Assembly (NCBI GenBank): GCA_951406725.2
Contig: OX597821.1
Location: 63,178,001 to 63,242,000 of the forward strand
DNA: 64,000 nucleotides
Origin: Octopus vulgaris
Lineage: Eukaryota
Direction: 5' to 3'
Shown: positions 32,690 through 46,763 of the stretch, in pieces
How positions within the stretch are numbered: position 1 is the first letter of the stretch
Layout: each line of letters opens with the position of its first letter
The notes under the pieces: generated by a model
What the model was told of the DNA's origin: nothing
Seen by the model: the letters and a program-made list of their open reading frames with translations, nothing else
Database searches by the model: none
Made by a program: the position numbers and the translations under genes

Positions 32690-33110
32690 TTATGTGCGAG
32701 CAGTTCCTTATGATGGAGTGCATCCAAAGTAGAGGGCTTTAGATCTATTTCCGCTTTGGCCTACTTCTGTTTTGATATGACCATATTTGCATACTTCTAT
32801 TGAAATGGAAACTTGACTGTTCGTATTCTCCTCGAAAACGTTTTCTGCTTGTGTGATTTATATTCGAAACATCCGATTCTAGGAAAATGCCTCTACTTGA
32901 AAATGCATCTACTTCGCTCACCAAAACCTGGTGAACGAATTTTAGTGGATGTAAACCATTTAATAGCGCATCGATGTAATTATTATTCCTTAAAATGGTT
33001 TAAGATCACTTGGCTTTTGGATGATTTAAGTTGTGTAAATTTGTCACAAAATTTCAGGTAAGGTTTTTAATCTAAATTGTCGGATAATACCATGAACGAA
33101 GTTACGTGAG
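32690..33110 (-). mobile_element. Probable Helitron helicase C-terminal remnant
   Basis: Ordered minus-strand remnants YPTI*IKNLT, ILRNNNYIDALLNG, VKFPF..YA and KAEIDL resemble PIF1-type Helitron motifs YPTEFLNSL, LLRNL...L.NG, QFP...FA and AGIDL. Confidence 0.45.
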
Positions 33111-33209
33111 TGGCACCTTCGGATTATTTGACACTATCGTTAAAAATGAATTTAGATACTAGAAAAAGATCTGAGTGTTTATCAGTGTTTACATTTTTCG
33201 ATGTTGTTG

Positions 33210-33271
<62 letters not shown>

Positions 33272-33342
33272 ATTATTATTATTCAGGACAATGCCTGGAA
33301 TCGAACCCGGGATTATGGAGTTATTAGCCCGCGTTCTTAACC

Positions 33343-33490
33343 TATTTCTTTATTACCCACAAGGTGCTAAACACAGAGGGATGAAAGGCAAAGTCGACCT
33401 CGGCGGAATTTGAACTCACAACGTAACGCAGACGAAATACCGCTAAGCATTTCGCCCGGCGTGCTAACGTTTCTGCCAGCTCGCCACCTT
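33343..33490 (-). mobile_element. SINE family B variant inserted in the left tRNA-like arm
   Basis: Minus strand reads aaggtggcgagctggcagaaacgttagcacgccgggcg...gagttcaaattcc...gcctttcatcc with tail gtgtttagcaccttgtgggtaataaagaaat. It splits cttaacc|actac. Confidence 0.88.
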
Positions 33491-33570
33491 ATCACTACAC
33501 CATATGCCCGTAGCGTAGTGGTTAAGAGCGGGGTTACTAACCCCAAGATTCGCTTCAAGACAGTGACCTC

Positions 33571-33619
<49 letters not shown>

Positions 33620-33666
33620 TCAATAATAATAATAATAATAACATCAATAATAATAATAATAATATC

Positions 33667-33718
<52 letters not shown>

Positions 33719-33721
<3 letters not shown>

Positions 33722-35428
33722 GATGACCTAAAATTATGGATGACCTAAAATTATGGATGACCTAAAACTATACGCTGCAAATGACAAAAAGCTGGAAACA
33801 CTATTAAAGACAGTTCATGGATTTACCAAAGAAATAGATATGAAATTTGGATTAGAAAAATGCGCCAAAGTAACCATGAAAAGAGGAAAACTAGTTAAGA
33901 GTAACAACATCACACTAGATAAAACCAATGAAATAAAAGAATTAGACCAAAGCCAAACTTACAAATACTTAGGAATCCATGAACTAGATAAGACACAACA
34001 CACACAAATGAAAGAGAAAATAAAAAAAGAATATTATAGACGAGTTAGATCAACACTAAACACAGAGCTCAATGCTAAAAACAAGATAATAGGTATCAAC
34101 ACTTTAGCTGTCCCAGTTATAAGTTACAGCTACAATATCCTTAACTGGACACGAAATGAACTGACCAAAATAGATAGGAAAACAAGAAAAATAATGACAG
34201 GATCTAGGATGCATCACCCAAAATCTGACATAGAAAGACTATATATACAACGTATAGAAGGTGGTAGAGGCCTTATACAGCTGGAAAACTACTATAAAAT
34301 AACCACCATAGGACTGCAAAAATATCTACTTCAGAAGGAAGGAAAACTGATCCAGATAGCGGCAAAACACGAGCAAAACAAAAAACTGTTCTCAGTATTT
34401 AAGGAAGCTGACAAATACAAACAAGAAATCATACCACCTAATAAACATGAAGAAGAAGAAGAAGATGAAGAAACAACAAATGCTATAAAACAAATGAAAT
34501 CCAAACTAAAAATAGAACAGCAACGAACCATGATAAAACGATGGAAAGAAAAGCCCCTTCATGGTAAATACTGCACTAAACTAAACGCAAAAGAAATAGA
34601 CAAAGAAAAATCCCAGCAATGGTTGAGAAGCTCAGGACTCAAAGCAGAAATAGAGGGATTTTTAATTGCAGCACAAGACCAAAGCCTCCCCACCAGAAAT
34701 TACCAAAAACATGTAATGAAAAGAAATATTACAAGTAACTGCAGAATATGTGGAGATGGACAAGAAACAATAAATCATATTATCTCTAGCTGCCCAGTCC
34801 TGGCTAAGAAGGAATATATTCACAGACATGACAGAGTTGGAACCTACATACATTGGAAGCTATGCCAACATTATGGAATAACAACAGAAAAAAGATGGTA
34901 TAGGCACGTACCAGAAAAGGTCACAGAAAACGAGAAAGCAACCATACTCTGGGATATGCCGATACACACATAGAGAAATTAAGGCCAACAGACCAGATAT
35001 AGTTGTCAGAGATCATGAAGAAAAAAATGCTTTCTAATTGATGTATCAATACCGGCTGATGACAACGAGTCTCTAAAAGAAATGGAGAAACTCTCAAAAT
35101 ACAAAGACCTGGAAATAGAGGTAACTAGAATGTGGAATCTGAAAACAGAAACAATTCCTATCATAGTAGGTGCATTAGGCATGATAAAAAAATATTCAGA
35201 CAAATACATAACAAAAACACCAAGACTTACAAACACATATAACATACAGAAAATTGCACCACTAGGCACTGCACACATCCTACGCAGAACACTTTCCATA
35301 CAATAACCATCAGAGCATCACAACAAATCACAGCACATACCCAAGGCACACAGAGCTGTGCTCGGTAGTGAAGTGAAAGCACGCTATAAAAATAAAACTA
35401 CTGAATAATAATAATAATAATAATAATA
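33719..35428 (+). mobile_element. 5'-truncated R4/Dong-clade RLE non-LTR retrotransposon (element A)
   Basis: 406 aa ORF 33753-34973: MDDLKLY, YKYLG, GGRGL, AAQDQ, CCHC knuckle CRIC...ETINHIISSC, HRHD. After two small frameshifts come RPDIV...LIDVSIP and K.KYKDL (RLE endonuclease). Stop at 35306, short 3' UTR, (TAA)n tail. Confidence 0.95.
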
Positions 35429-35429
35429 A

Positions 35430-37160
35430 AAAACAGAGAAATAAGCCATCTATTTTATATGGATGATTTAAAGCTACATGGCAAAAATGATGAAGAGCTT
35501 GAAGGATTATTAAATACCGTGAAAGGATTCAGTGATGATATCAGGATGGAGTTTGGCTTTGAAAAGTGTGCCAAAGCCACTTTTAAGAAAGGGAAATTAG
35601 TAAAGTCTAGTTCAATCGAATTAGATGTCGAAACAGTAATAAATGAACTTGAGCAGGAACAAACCTATAAATACCTAGGAATAAATGAAGGCTCTGGTAT
35701 CCAGCAAGCAAGCATGAAAGAGAAGGTTAGGAAGGAATGTTATAGAAGAGTTCGAGCAGTCCTGAAGTTTGAGCTGAATGCATACAATAATGTGTTAGCC
35801 ATAAATTGCTTAGCAGTACCAGTTGTTCTTTATAGCTTCAATGTGATTAACTTGAATACCAGTGAAATAATGAAAATTGACAGAAAAATCCGTAAGCTAC
35901 TGACTTGTAATAAGATGCACCATCCAAAGGCAGACGTGGATCACCTTTACCTTCCCAGAGCTCAGGGAGGTCGAGGTTTGATCCAACTTGAACTTACATA
36001 CAAAACCACCACAATCGGACTGGCCAAATACTTTGAAGCAACCAACAATTGGATGCCAAATCTTGTTGAAAAACATGAAAGACCGTAAAAACTTCACTCT
36101 ATTCTCAAAGGGAGCAAAAAATTCGCTGCTGATCTCTTAGATATCCACCAGATTGATCAGGCTGAAGGAAATGCGCCAACTGCAGCTGCAAAGAAAAGAA
36201 AATTAATTGCAAAGACAAAAGCACATGGAAATTTAGCTAGCAGATGGGAAGTGGCCCGTAGCAAACAAGCTGATGTCGACCAGAAACACACGCACCAATG
36301 GTTACGAAGCTCAGGGCTAAAAGTAGAGAATGAAGGTTTCATATTAGCTGCTCAAGACCAAAGCTTATTAACTCGTTACTACCAAGCCAATGTGATAAAA
36401 AATAGAGCTGACCCAAAATGCCGATTCTGTAACGATAAGATTGAAACAATAGAACACCTAATCTCAAGGTGTAGAGTCTTAGCACCTGCACAATATAAAG
36501 CAAGACATGACAGAGTCGGCCAGTATTTACATTGGACAATATGTCGGTATTATAAAATCAAAACCGCTGACAAATGGTATAAACACCATCCTGAAGCTGT
36601 GACTGAGGGAGAAAATGTGTCGATTCTATGGGACTTTCCCGTACAGACCGACAAGACTATAAAGCTAATAAACCGGATATTATTATAAAAGATCAGACAA
36701 AAAAGATGTGTTTATTAATTGACATGAGTATTCCTTGCGATCACAATATAGCGGCGAAAGAATTTGACAAGATTAGTAAATATAAAGACCTGCTAGTAGA
36801 AATTGAAAAAATGTGGCATCTCAAGGCGACTACAGTACCAGTGATTGTAGGATCTCTAGGAATGATAAAAAAAGGTACTGAAACCTATTTGAAAATAATG
36901 CAGACTTACCATCCCTACAGGAAGTGCAAAAAATCGTATTAACTGGAACGGCTCATGTACTGAGAAGAGCATTATCGCTGTGAAAACAACATCCATCCAT
37001 AAATTTATTTATTTATTAATTTTTAAATACATATTTTATCTGTGAATTTGCGTGTGTAATCTGGGAATGCATACAATGAGCTTCTTTGCCCTAGGTGTAT
37101 GAAAAACACTCGGCGAGAAACGGAAGAAAATTTGAAGAAAGAAGGAAAAAACATAACAAC

Positions 37161-37222
<62 letters not shown>
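35430..37222 (+). mobile_element. 5'-truncated R4/Dong-clade RLE non-LTR retrotransposon (element B, different family)
   Basis: HLFYMDDLKLH, YKYLG, GGRGL, AAQDQ, CRFC...ETIEHLISRC, RHD, KPDII...IDMSIP, KISKYKDL. Several stops and frameshifts; final stop 36981-36983; (TAA)n tail about 37160-37222. Confidence 0.94.
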
Positions 37223-37225
<3 letters not shown>

Positions 37226-38649
37226 CAACAACAACATCGAAAAATATATATAAATAACATTTATATAATGTGTAAATAACATTTATATAAATGCATAGTA
37301 GTTCTTCCTTTTCATTTCTAAATGGGTAACACCAATCATTTAATGTTAACGGTTTTGACGTTATTTCGAATTTTAGATTTTATTAAAAGTTTTGTTTAGC
37401 TCTTGTAGTAATGTGCTTCTGGTGAATGTGTCTTCGAGGAGAATTCCAAATCACCATCAGTTCCTCCTTCCTTCAACAAATTTATGTGTTGGGAAAGTTT
37501 ACGTTGCAAATATATGCAGATGTGAAAGGATACAATCCCACTCGTAGCAAGATTTCCCTCAAACTTTCCATTAACAAACAAATCATTATAGAAAGGTTGT
37601 TAATTTACACTCAAATAACAACCTCACCGATAAGAATAAGGTAAAGAAATATTACAACTTATTACAAATATATCTCGAGCCCTCTCCTGTGAAACACGTC
37701 CACGTAAAAGAAAATTGCCTACAACACTTGGAGAAATCAACTACAGTCGGCAACACAGAAGTGATTACCCATTTCAATAAAACATAAAAGACACCTATCA
37801 AGATCCTATAGCTTGCCACACTTTTCGTTTTCTCATATTTCTTACGTACCTTCTACTTCTTTCCTAAGAGTTATTCTTCAATCATCACCTAACTTTCAAA
37901 CTCATCTCATCTGGACAAATAAAGCTGTAAAGTGTTTGTCCATATCGTTTTTTACTAATTTTTTCTCAGCATTACATATATATATTCTCCTCCTTTCATA
38001 TTAAAGTATTTGTAGACGAACAAGTGTTGCCTGTACTATACACAAAATCTGTTTATTTTTATATGAATATCATTCGATGCATGATATTCATATTTCTTTC
38101 ACACTATTTTCTACATTTATTCTGTATTGTGCAATCCTCTGTAAAAGTACATGTTTGTACGCAAATTCAATAACGTACTTACATTCGTATACATCCCCAA
38201 GGATGCTTCGTAACGACGTTAGCACACACAGACGTATTCGCACACAAACACTCACACACACTCGTACAACCAATAACACACTCACTTCCAAACAATCATA
38301 CACATGATATACACACACAGACACACAAATACATATACACACACATACGTACGTCGGCCTAGCTTCTGTCAATTTCCCAAAGAGCCAGGCACCATCAACT
38401 TCCTCTCCAGCCATAGGTTCCAAGAAATTGTTCTTCCTAACGCATCTGGTGTCGCTAAAATGCCAACCTCACCTGCAGCAACACCATTTGACTTACCTAG
38501 ACAAATAGCAGGTCATTTTTCAGTAGCTCTTTTGGCATCCCTACGTTCATCCATTCGGTAATGTAAGATTGAAAAAGAAAGATTTCTATTTCCAGCCTGC
38601 CGAATGAAACTGTTTTATAAAATAATATTTATCTTGATACAAGATCACC

Positions 38650-38778
38650 ATGTCGTGCCCTTGATTGTGATGCATGTGACTGCTGTACCTTTATCAGACG
38701 GGTAGTCATGATGGGTATACTGGGCTTCGTGTATTTTACCCTAGTGTCACTTTGATGGCATGCACTGCTCTCTCACTC

Positions 38779-38854
<76 letters not shown>

Positions 38855-38864
38855 TAATAATAAT
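38650..38864 (+). mobile_element. Short retroposon 3' end with (TAA)n tail
   Basis: ...ggtagtcatgatgggtatactgggcttcgtg...gcactgctctctcactc runs directly into about 30 TAA units; no coding. Confidence 0.55.
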
Positions 38865-38870
38865 GTTATA

Positions 38871-38945
<75 letters not shown>

Positions 38946-39099
38946 GTAGTTGAATGAATTATCTTATTATGGATAATTCGGTTAACCGATCCCTGGGTAG
39001 CAAATTCACGTCAGAAAAACACGGTTGAAGCTACATGCCTAGGGCAGAGATCACTTGCTATCGTGTGAAAATTTGTGTGTTTATTTTAAATACAAATAA

Positions 39100-39861
39100 A
39101 TGAGTTGAACGACGAATTAACAAAATTCCTTTATTTTCGACATATGCTTCAAAGGCTGCATATTCCTAATTTCGAAGGAATAAGGGGTGCATTATGCCGC
39201 CTTCTCATCAGAAAAACAAGGAACTTATGTCAGCATCAAGATGCACAAAAACTTTTAGATGACTGCCCACACGGAGCCCATACCGATAATGAGTGTTTCT
39301 TTAAAATATTCCGTTATAAGTAGTACTTATTAACGATATTTTTTGAACTTAAATATCGTTAATATTTTTATTGGGCGACGAAATTCATCGATTTAAGAGA
39401 TACACAACACACGCACACATACACAACAAAAAGACACACACACACACACACATAAACAACAAAAAGACACACACACATACACAACAAAAAACACACACAC
39501 ACACACATACACAACAATAACACATACACAGACACACAACGAACACACACACAATAAACACACACACGCACCAAATATGATTAGATAATTGTGTCGTTTT
39601 CTTTTGTTCCAGTGCCTAAAGCTCAAAGTGTGGTTATTGAACCTGGCCTTGAAATTACCTTCTGTGAGTCCCACGTATTTTTTCGTCGAAACGGTGTCTT
39701 TAGTGATTATAGAGTCTACGGTAGCATCTGAAACTTCGGCATCTAAAACTCAGAGTTTTATCTTGACTATCGAGTAATGTAACATATTATTTTATAGATA
39801 AATTTCCTCTATTTACATAATATTGAGGTCTCTTTCTTTCTTTTGTTATCTTACCGTTTTA

Positions 39862-39866
<5 letters not shown>
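39100..39866 (-). mobile_element. 5'-truncated Penelope-like element with an inverted tail copy
   Basis: GIY-YIG remnant KKYVGLTEGNFKARFNNHTLSFRH (about 39600-39700, minus). A hammerhead motif lies downstream, and an oppositely oriented tail-like repeat (39733-39866) sits at the 5' end. Confidence 0.78.
39134..39215 (-). ncRNA. Type I hammerhead ribozyme motif with extended stem II (A15.1 mutated)
   Basis: Minus: tttt-CTGATGA-GAAGGCgGCATA...TATGCAGCCTTT-GAAG-C-ATAT-GTC-gaaaa. Confidence 0.65.
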
Positions 39867-39907
<41 letters not shown>

Positions 39908-39926
39908 TATACATACTTACATACAT

Positions 39927-39988
<62 letters not shown>

Positions 39989-40586
39989 TATCAAACCCAA
40001 GCTGTTATAGTCAGTTTGTTTATCTGCATAATTGCCCCTCTTTCTCTTTCCATCTCTCTCTCTCCATATTTATATAATTAAAATTAGAAAGTAAAGAAAT
40101 ATTTTAACATATTTTAACAACCAGTTACAATTATTTCTGTTCCAACTCTGATTTAACACCAGTTCGAGCAAAATGTTCCAAGTGAAAATTAGCCCAATAT
40201 TTGCGCGTGTTCTTACATTGAGCGTCTTCCACTGTTTTTGTGCTGCCTCTCTCGCGAGGAAACAAATTATAAATAAAAATAAAAACGTAAATAGATTTTG
40301 AGAAGATGGACAGGGCAAGTAAAGTGTCAGTAACAAAGGAGATTCAAGTAAGGTTAGTGGGTAAAGAAGCAGTAGAAGTGAAGGCGAGAAGATAAATGTG
40401 TAGAACAAGAAGAAGAAAGAAGTGGTGAATTGGAAGAGAAGGAAGTCGACGAAGGGGGGCGTAGAAGGAAATGGAGGAGGTGGCGGTGGAGGATGAGGGG
40501 GATGAGGAGGAGCACCCGCATTGAAATGATTCTACCCTCCAGAACTATATATATATATGTATGTATACACACACACACACGTATAC

Positions 40587-40621
<35 letters not shown>

Positions 40622-40629
40622 TACATCTA

Positions 40630-40946
40630 TGAATGGGTATTGTAAATTCTGTAGCTTGGGTAACAGAAAATACTGAGTTATATTTCTTTTATGTGTCTTG
40701 GCATGTGTTAAAGGGAAGTGACATAGTTCTGCGTAGTGTTGTGATGTGACGCGAGCATGGTTTTTGTAGAAGACGGCTGGCATACGAACAAAGACTTTGC
40801 TGAACCTTAAACTTTATGTCAACGTCTTTTGGACACTGGTGTTGGATTATTTTTCACGTCATACAAATGTTATAGAGCTCACTGTGGTTCTGAAGGGAAT
40901 AAAGTTTGAACTACTCGAGATGATCTCAATACTCAAGACCTGTTAT

Positions 40947-41044
<98 letters not shown>

Positions 41045-41051
41045 TGTGTGT

Positions 41052-41128
<77 letters not shown>

Positions 41129-41425
41129 TATCATATGTTGTTTTATGTAAGGAGACACAGAGCGAACAACAGCATCCAAGCTGAGAAAGGATGATGTTAG
41201 AGGAGAGAAGGATAATGATAGAAGTGTCTCGAGACTGGAAAATCCTGAGAATCCGGGAGCATACCCTACGGGTCATGTCGACATTGTGTGTATGTGAGCA
41301 TTCTAGCTTAAGTTATTGCCGATAATTGCGCCGAGGTCCTTTGCAGTGTTTGCTGCCACGGGGTTTTCACCAGAGGAAATACTATGGTAGATTGAGTGCA
41401 GCTTCTTACCGAAGGGGTTTAATTC
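40630..41425 (-). mobile_element. CR1-clade LINE RT C-terminal fragment interrupted by (GT)n
   Basis: Minus translation: KDLGAIIGNNLS*NAHI, RRVCSRILRIFQSRD, then ITGLEY*DHLE*FKLYSLQ...YNICMT*KI (cf. KDLGV..D..LSW, L.Y..RL..L.LYSLQRRR). Confidence 0.82.
40949..41124. repeat. (GT)n microsatellite
   Basis: Direct reading, about 175 bp. Confidence 0.98.
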
Positions 41426-42638
41426 AAATTTATTGTCGTATAATTGCATAGAGTGTTAATCCGCCTATCGGATATTAGTGAGCAAATCCGAATTGTATGA
41501 AATTATTTTTCCTGAATATTTAATGCAACAAAGAGGTAAATAGGAATATTCTCTTTATTGCTATTACTATACTCTATAGAGAGGACACTATGTACATCTC
41601 ACTAGCATAAACTATCCTGAGCACCAAAATAATGATGCATTCCTTGGAAGCATACAAGAACACTCGTTATTCTCTGTATGCATGTTGCTCTGAAAATTAC
41701 ACAAGTATAATACAGGTCATTTTCTGTTTGCAACCAAGCAATATACATCCTATATAAATAAAGAACAAGTTTCAGTGCCATTGGATCATTGGGTACATTT
41801 AGTTATGAAATATAGAAACGAATAGTTTGTAACACATTTATAAAGAATTAGAATTATAAAGAATTAGAATAAATCATTAGAATTTCGTCTGTTTCCAAGT
41901 ATGTTTAGTCATTTTATTCCATTTTGCTTTGTTTGGTTGCATTAAAACAGAACAGGTAAACATACATAAAATCGTTTGCACAATTTGAGAACTATTAGGA
42001 AAAATATTTACAGAGTAGGCGTGCGAGTAATAAACCTGGAAAAATGTCGTAAGTATTTATGTAAGTATCTATTTTAAAAAACCCCATCTTTTTTTTATTT
42101 CTTGTTCACTTGGTGCATTTTTCATGCCACATCTCATTAATATTCATTATGTATAATACACTTCGGAGATATTTCAACGCATATTTTCGTTTGTAATAGC
42201 TTTGTCAGCTAAATCACACATAAACAGAGCTTTATCAAAAGTTTGGAGAGGAAATACTTATTAATTCAAAGCATATAAGATAATAAACGTTTGCTTGTTT
42301 ATATATTATGCAAACAAATTTAATCTGAAATCCACTTAGCTATCTCATTTGCATATTTCAGTTCATTTTTACCAGCTAAAACGTAAATATCAAAAGTGTA
42401 CATGTAAATATTTGCTGTGTTGAATTAGTTGCAAATTATTTATAGAATATCAGTTTTGTTACTTTAATTTCTGATACTTATCTAGGAGTGCAGCTTCTTT
42501 TGCATTCACTACATATCCAATGCCAATCATGTTACCATATACACACACACGCACACACACACACACACATTATCACATATACACAACATACGTATATATC
42601 TAAGCATGCATATGCATAGGTGTATGTGTGCATCTTTA

Positions 42639-42675
<37 letters not shown>

Positions 42676-43289
42676 GTATATGTATATGTTATGTTCATAC
42701 GGACTTGTATACGTATGTGTATATACATATATTAATGTATGAATATACGTACATATTTCTATACGCGTATTTCTGTGTATGCGCTTCCATGTCTGTTCTC
42801 CTGAAATATATGTTGCTGATAAAGTTTATTTCACTTAGCAACAGATATTCGGTAGATGACATACAAAAGACGTTTGTTAAAGAAATCATATAACATGGAA
42901 CAGATTTAATTTTCCTTCTAGATCCATTATAGCAATTTAATAATATGAGGTATTCATTCGGATTCCAACTTCAATGGTAATGGAAAACTCTTATCTTCTT
43001 GGACCGTATGTTCTCTGTAACATTTCAGATTTTACAAAATTTAATTACAGATGAAAAGTGATGGATCAATATTGAGTAATTAGAATTGAAAAATCTGGAC
43101 TTGACCCACTGATGCATGAAAAGTTACTACATATGATACATACATACATATATACATGTGTGTATATATATATATGTGTGTGTGTGTGTGTACATATATA
43201 TGGGGGCGTGTCTGTACGTACGCATATGTATATATGGGTGTATATATTTACATGTATGTACGTGTGTATATAGTTCAAATTTACAGAGA

Positions 43290-44360
<1,071 letters not shown>

Positions 44361-44391
44361 ATTTAGGTACACACACATATATATATATATA

Positions 44392-44590
44392 AAGCTAGCT
44401 GGCAGAATTGTTAGCACACTGGGTGAGATGTTTCGCAGCATTTCGTACGTCTTTAAGTTCTGAGTTGAAATTCCGCTGAGATCGATTTTGCTTTTCATCA
44501 GTTAGCGGTCGATATAATAAGTATCCATTGAGCAATAAGGTCGATGTGATCAACCAGACCCAAGACAAAACTACTGGCGTTGTGTCAATA
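44392..44590 (+). mobile_element. SINE family B, degenerate
   Basis: agctggcagaattgttagcacactgggtg...tctgagttgaaattccgctgagatcgattttgcttttcatc. Confidence 0.82.
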
Positions 44591-44616
44591 TTTTAAATAT
44601 ATATATATGTATATAT

Positions 44617-45134
44617 GCGCAGAAGTAGCTTGCTTACCAACCATGTAGTTCCAGGTTCAATCCCAACGTGTGGCACCTTGCGCAAGTATCTTCTACTATA
44701 GCCTTGGGCCGACGAAATCCTCATCAGTGGATTTGGTAGACAGAAACTGAAAGAAACCTGTCATATATATATATATATATATATAAAATTAGAAAAAAAA
44801 AAAACCTTTTATCAAATTAAAATAACAATAAAATGTCAATGATTAAGTAAATTGCAAAAAAAAGTAATAAAATGTTATATAATTGGTACCAATTATATAC
44901 GTTTTTATTATTTTTTTGCAATTTACTTAATCATTGAAATTTTATTATTTTAATTTTAATATTTCAATTATATATAATTTTCTGCATGGTGTAATTTGAT
45001 TGTTCACTTTGAATTGATAAAAGGTGTTTTTTTTCTAATTTTTTATATATATATTATATTGTGTGAAATTTGATTTAGTATTTCTAAATTGGAATTTTTG
45101 TTATGTAAGTTGAGATTTTATTCCCTCAAATAAT

Positions 45135-45177
<43 letters not shown>

Positions 45178-45370
45178 TGTGTGCCTATGTTCCCACCACC
45201 ATCACCACCATCGCTTGACAACCGATGTTGGTGTGTAATTTAGCTTTTCGGCAAAAGCGACTGATAGAATAAGTATACAAAGTATAAATCTTGGGGTCGA
45301 CTTGTTTGACTAAAGGCAGTGCTCCAGTATGGCCGCACTCAAATTACTGAAAAAATAAAAGAATAAAAGA
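44617..45370 (+). mobile_element. SINE family A with a palindromic insert in its internal (TA)n
   Basis: Head and CORE 44617-44762; insert about 44783-45130; 3' part 45175-45370. Confidence 0.85.
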
Positions 45371-45447
45371 ACAAAGAACACACACACACACACACATAAA
45401 TATATATATATATACTTCGTGGAAGGCAGAAATTGTAGTAAGGCATA

Positions 45448-45934
<487 letters not shown>

Positions 45935-46329
45935 TATGAATGTCTATACTATGTTCAGTGAAACACTCTGTGACGATGTACTATAAACCTAGTTGTCGAT
46001 ACACTCATTCAATTTCAGAGTTTAACTATGCTTTCCTCCTTTCAAAATACAAAGTTGCAAATGTAAAGAGTAATATCCTTTCAAAATTTGCGACATCACT
46101 ATAAAATATAATATAATATAGTTATAGTTCTGCTTAGTGTATGTTGTAACATCTTAAAACACACACTGCTTTATGTATTAGGTGTGCAAGCTCGTGTTAA
46201 TGTGTTTGTCTGCGGGGGATGTGCATGAGTTTCAGAACTTACACTCAACCATACATATACACTCACATACACGAACATACAAATATGAATATATATCATA
46301 TACGCACATGTATATGAGTGTAAATATTC

Positions 46330-46551
46330 CCAGTGGTCAGACTGTTGCTGTCACGATCGCTAGATAGTGGGTTCGATTCGCTGACTGGGCGGTGCGATGT
46401 CATCTTGAGCAAAACACTTCATTTCACATTGTCCTAGTCACACATCAATAAGGGTGGATTGTTGACCTGCTCATTTGAAGGGTAAAACAATACAAGAGTG
46501 CATTGTGACCAGCGATGCATAACATCTGATAGCCTGGGTGGTCACGCAGTC

Positions 46552-46552
<1 letters not shown>
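46330..46552 (+). mobile_element. SINE family C-like, degenerate
   Basis: gggttcgattc B box and cttgagcaaaacacttcatttcacattg are shared with the copy at 4902. Confidence 0.65.
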
Positions 46553-46590
<38 letters not shown>

Positions 46591-46593
<3 letters not shown>

Positions 46594-46763
46594 GGAATAA
46601 ACAGATAAATGTGAAACAAGGTGGAAAAAAGAGTACTCAAATAACAAGGGTAGAGTAATATGCTTTATTCGTCGGACAGTTTTTTACAAAAACTGTCCGA
46701 CGAACGGGAACGTGAAACTCAGAGTAACAGGTTTTGTTGAATTTCTGCTGCTTTTAAATAAAG

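Larger units (their letters stand above)
33193..37245. mobile_element. Head-to-head palindromic tRNA-like element with (TAA)n arms; host of nested insertions
   Basis: Outer ends atttttcgatgttgttgttgttattatt and aataataacaacaacaacaacatcgaaaaat are inverted. tRNA-like heads lie on minus (33283-33342 plus 33491-33509) and on plus (about 33506-33570). Confidence 0.8.

Noticed and set aside
33283-33570. tRNA genes (anticodon loops reading AAT and ACT)
   Set aside because: One copy is split by a SINE and the other lacks most of the T-arm. The anticodons disagree and both run into (TAA)n, so these are repeat-derived tRNA-like heads.
33753-34973. 406 aa ORF as a host gene or domesticated protein
   Set aside because: It is a 5'-truncated LINE ORF lacking most of the RT, with frameshifts in the endonuclease. 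Its intactness is best explained by young age.
38350-38600. Minus-strand AG|GTAAGT donor (near 38495) within GC-richer sequence
   Set aside because: No good acceptor or partner exons. The translation RMDERRDAKRATE looks more like a decayed RTE 3' end, but is too weak to call.
40120-40260. GC-richer unique stretch, possible small exon
   Set aside because: No recognisable protein motif or consistent splice sites on either strand.
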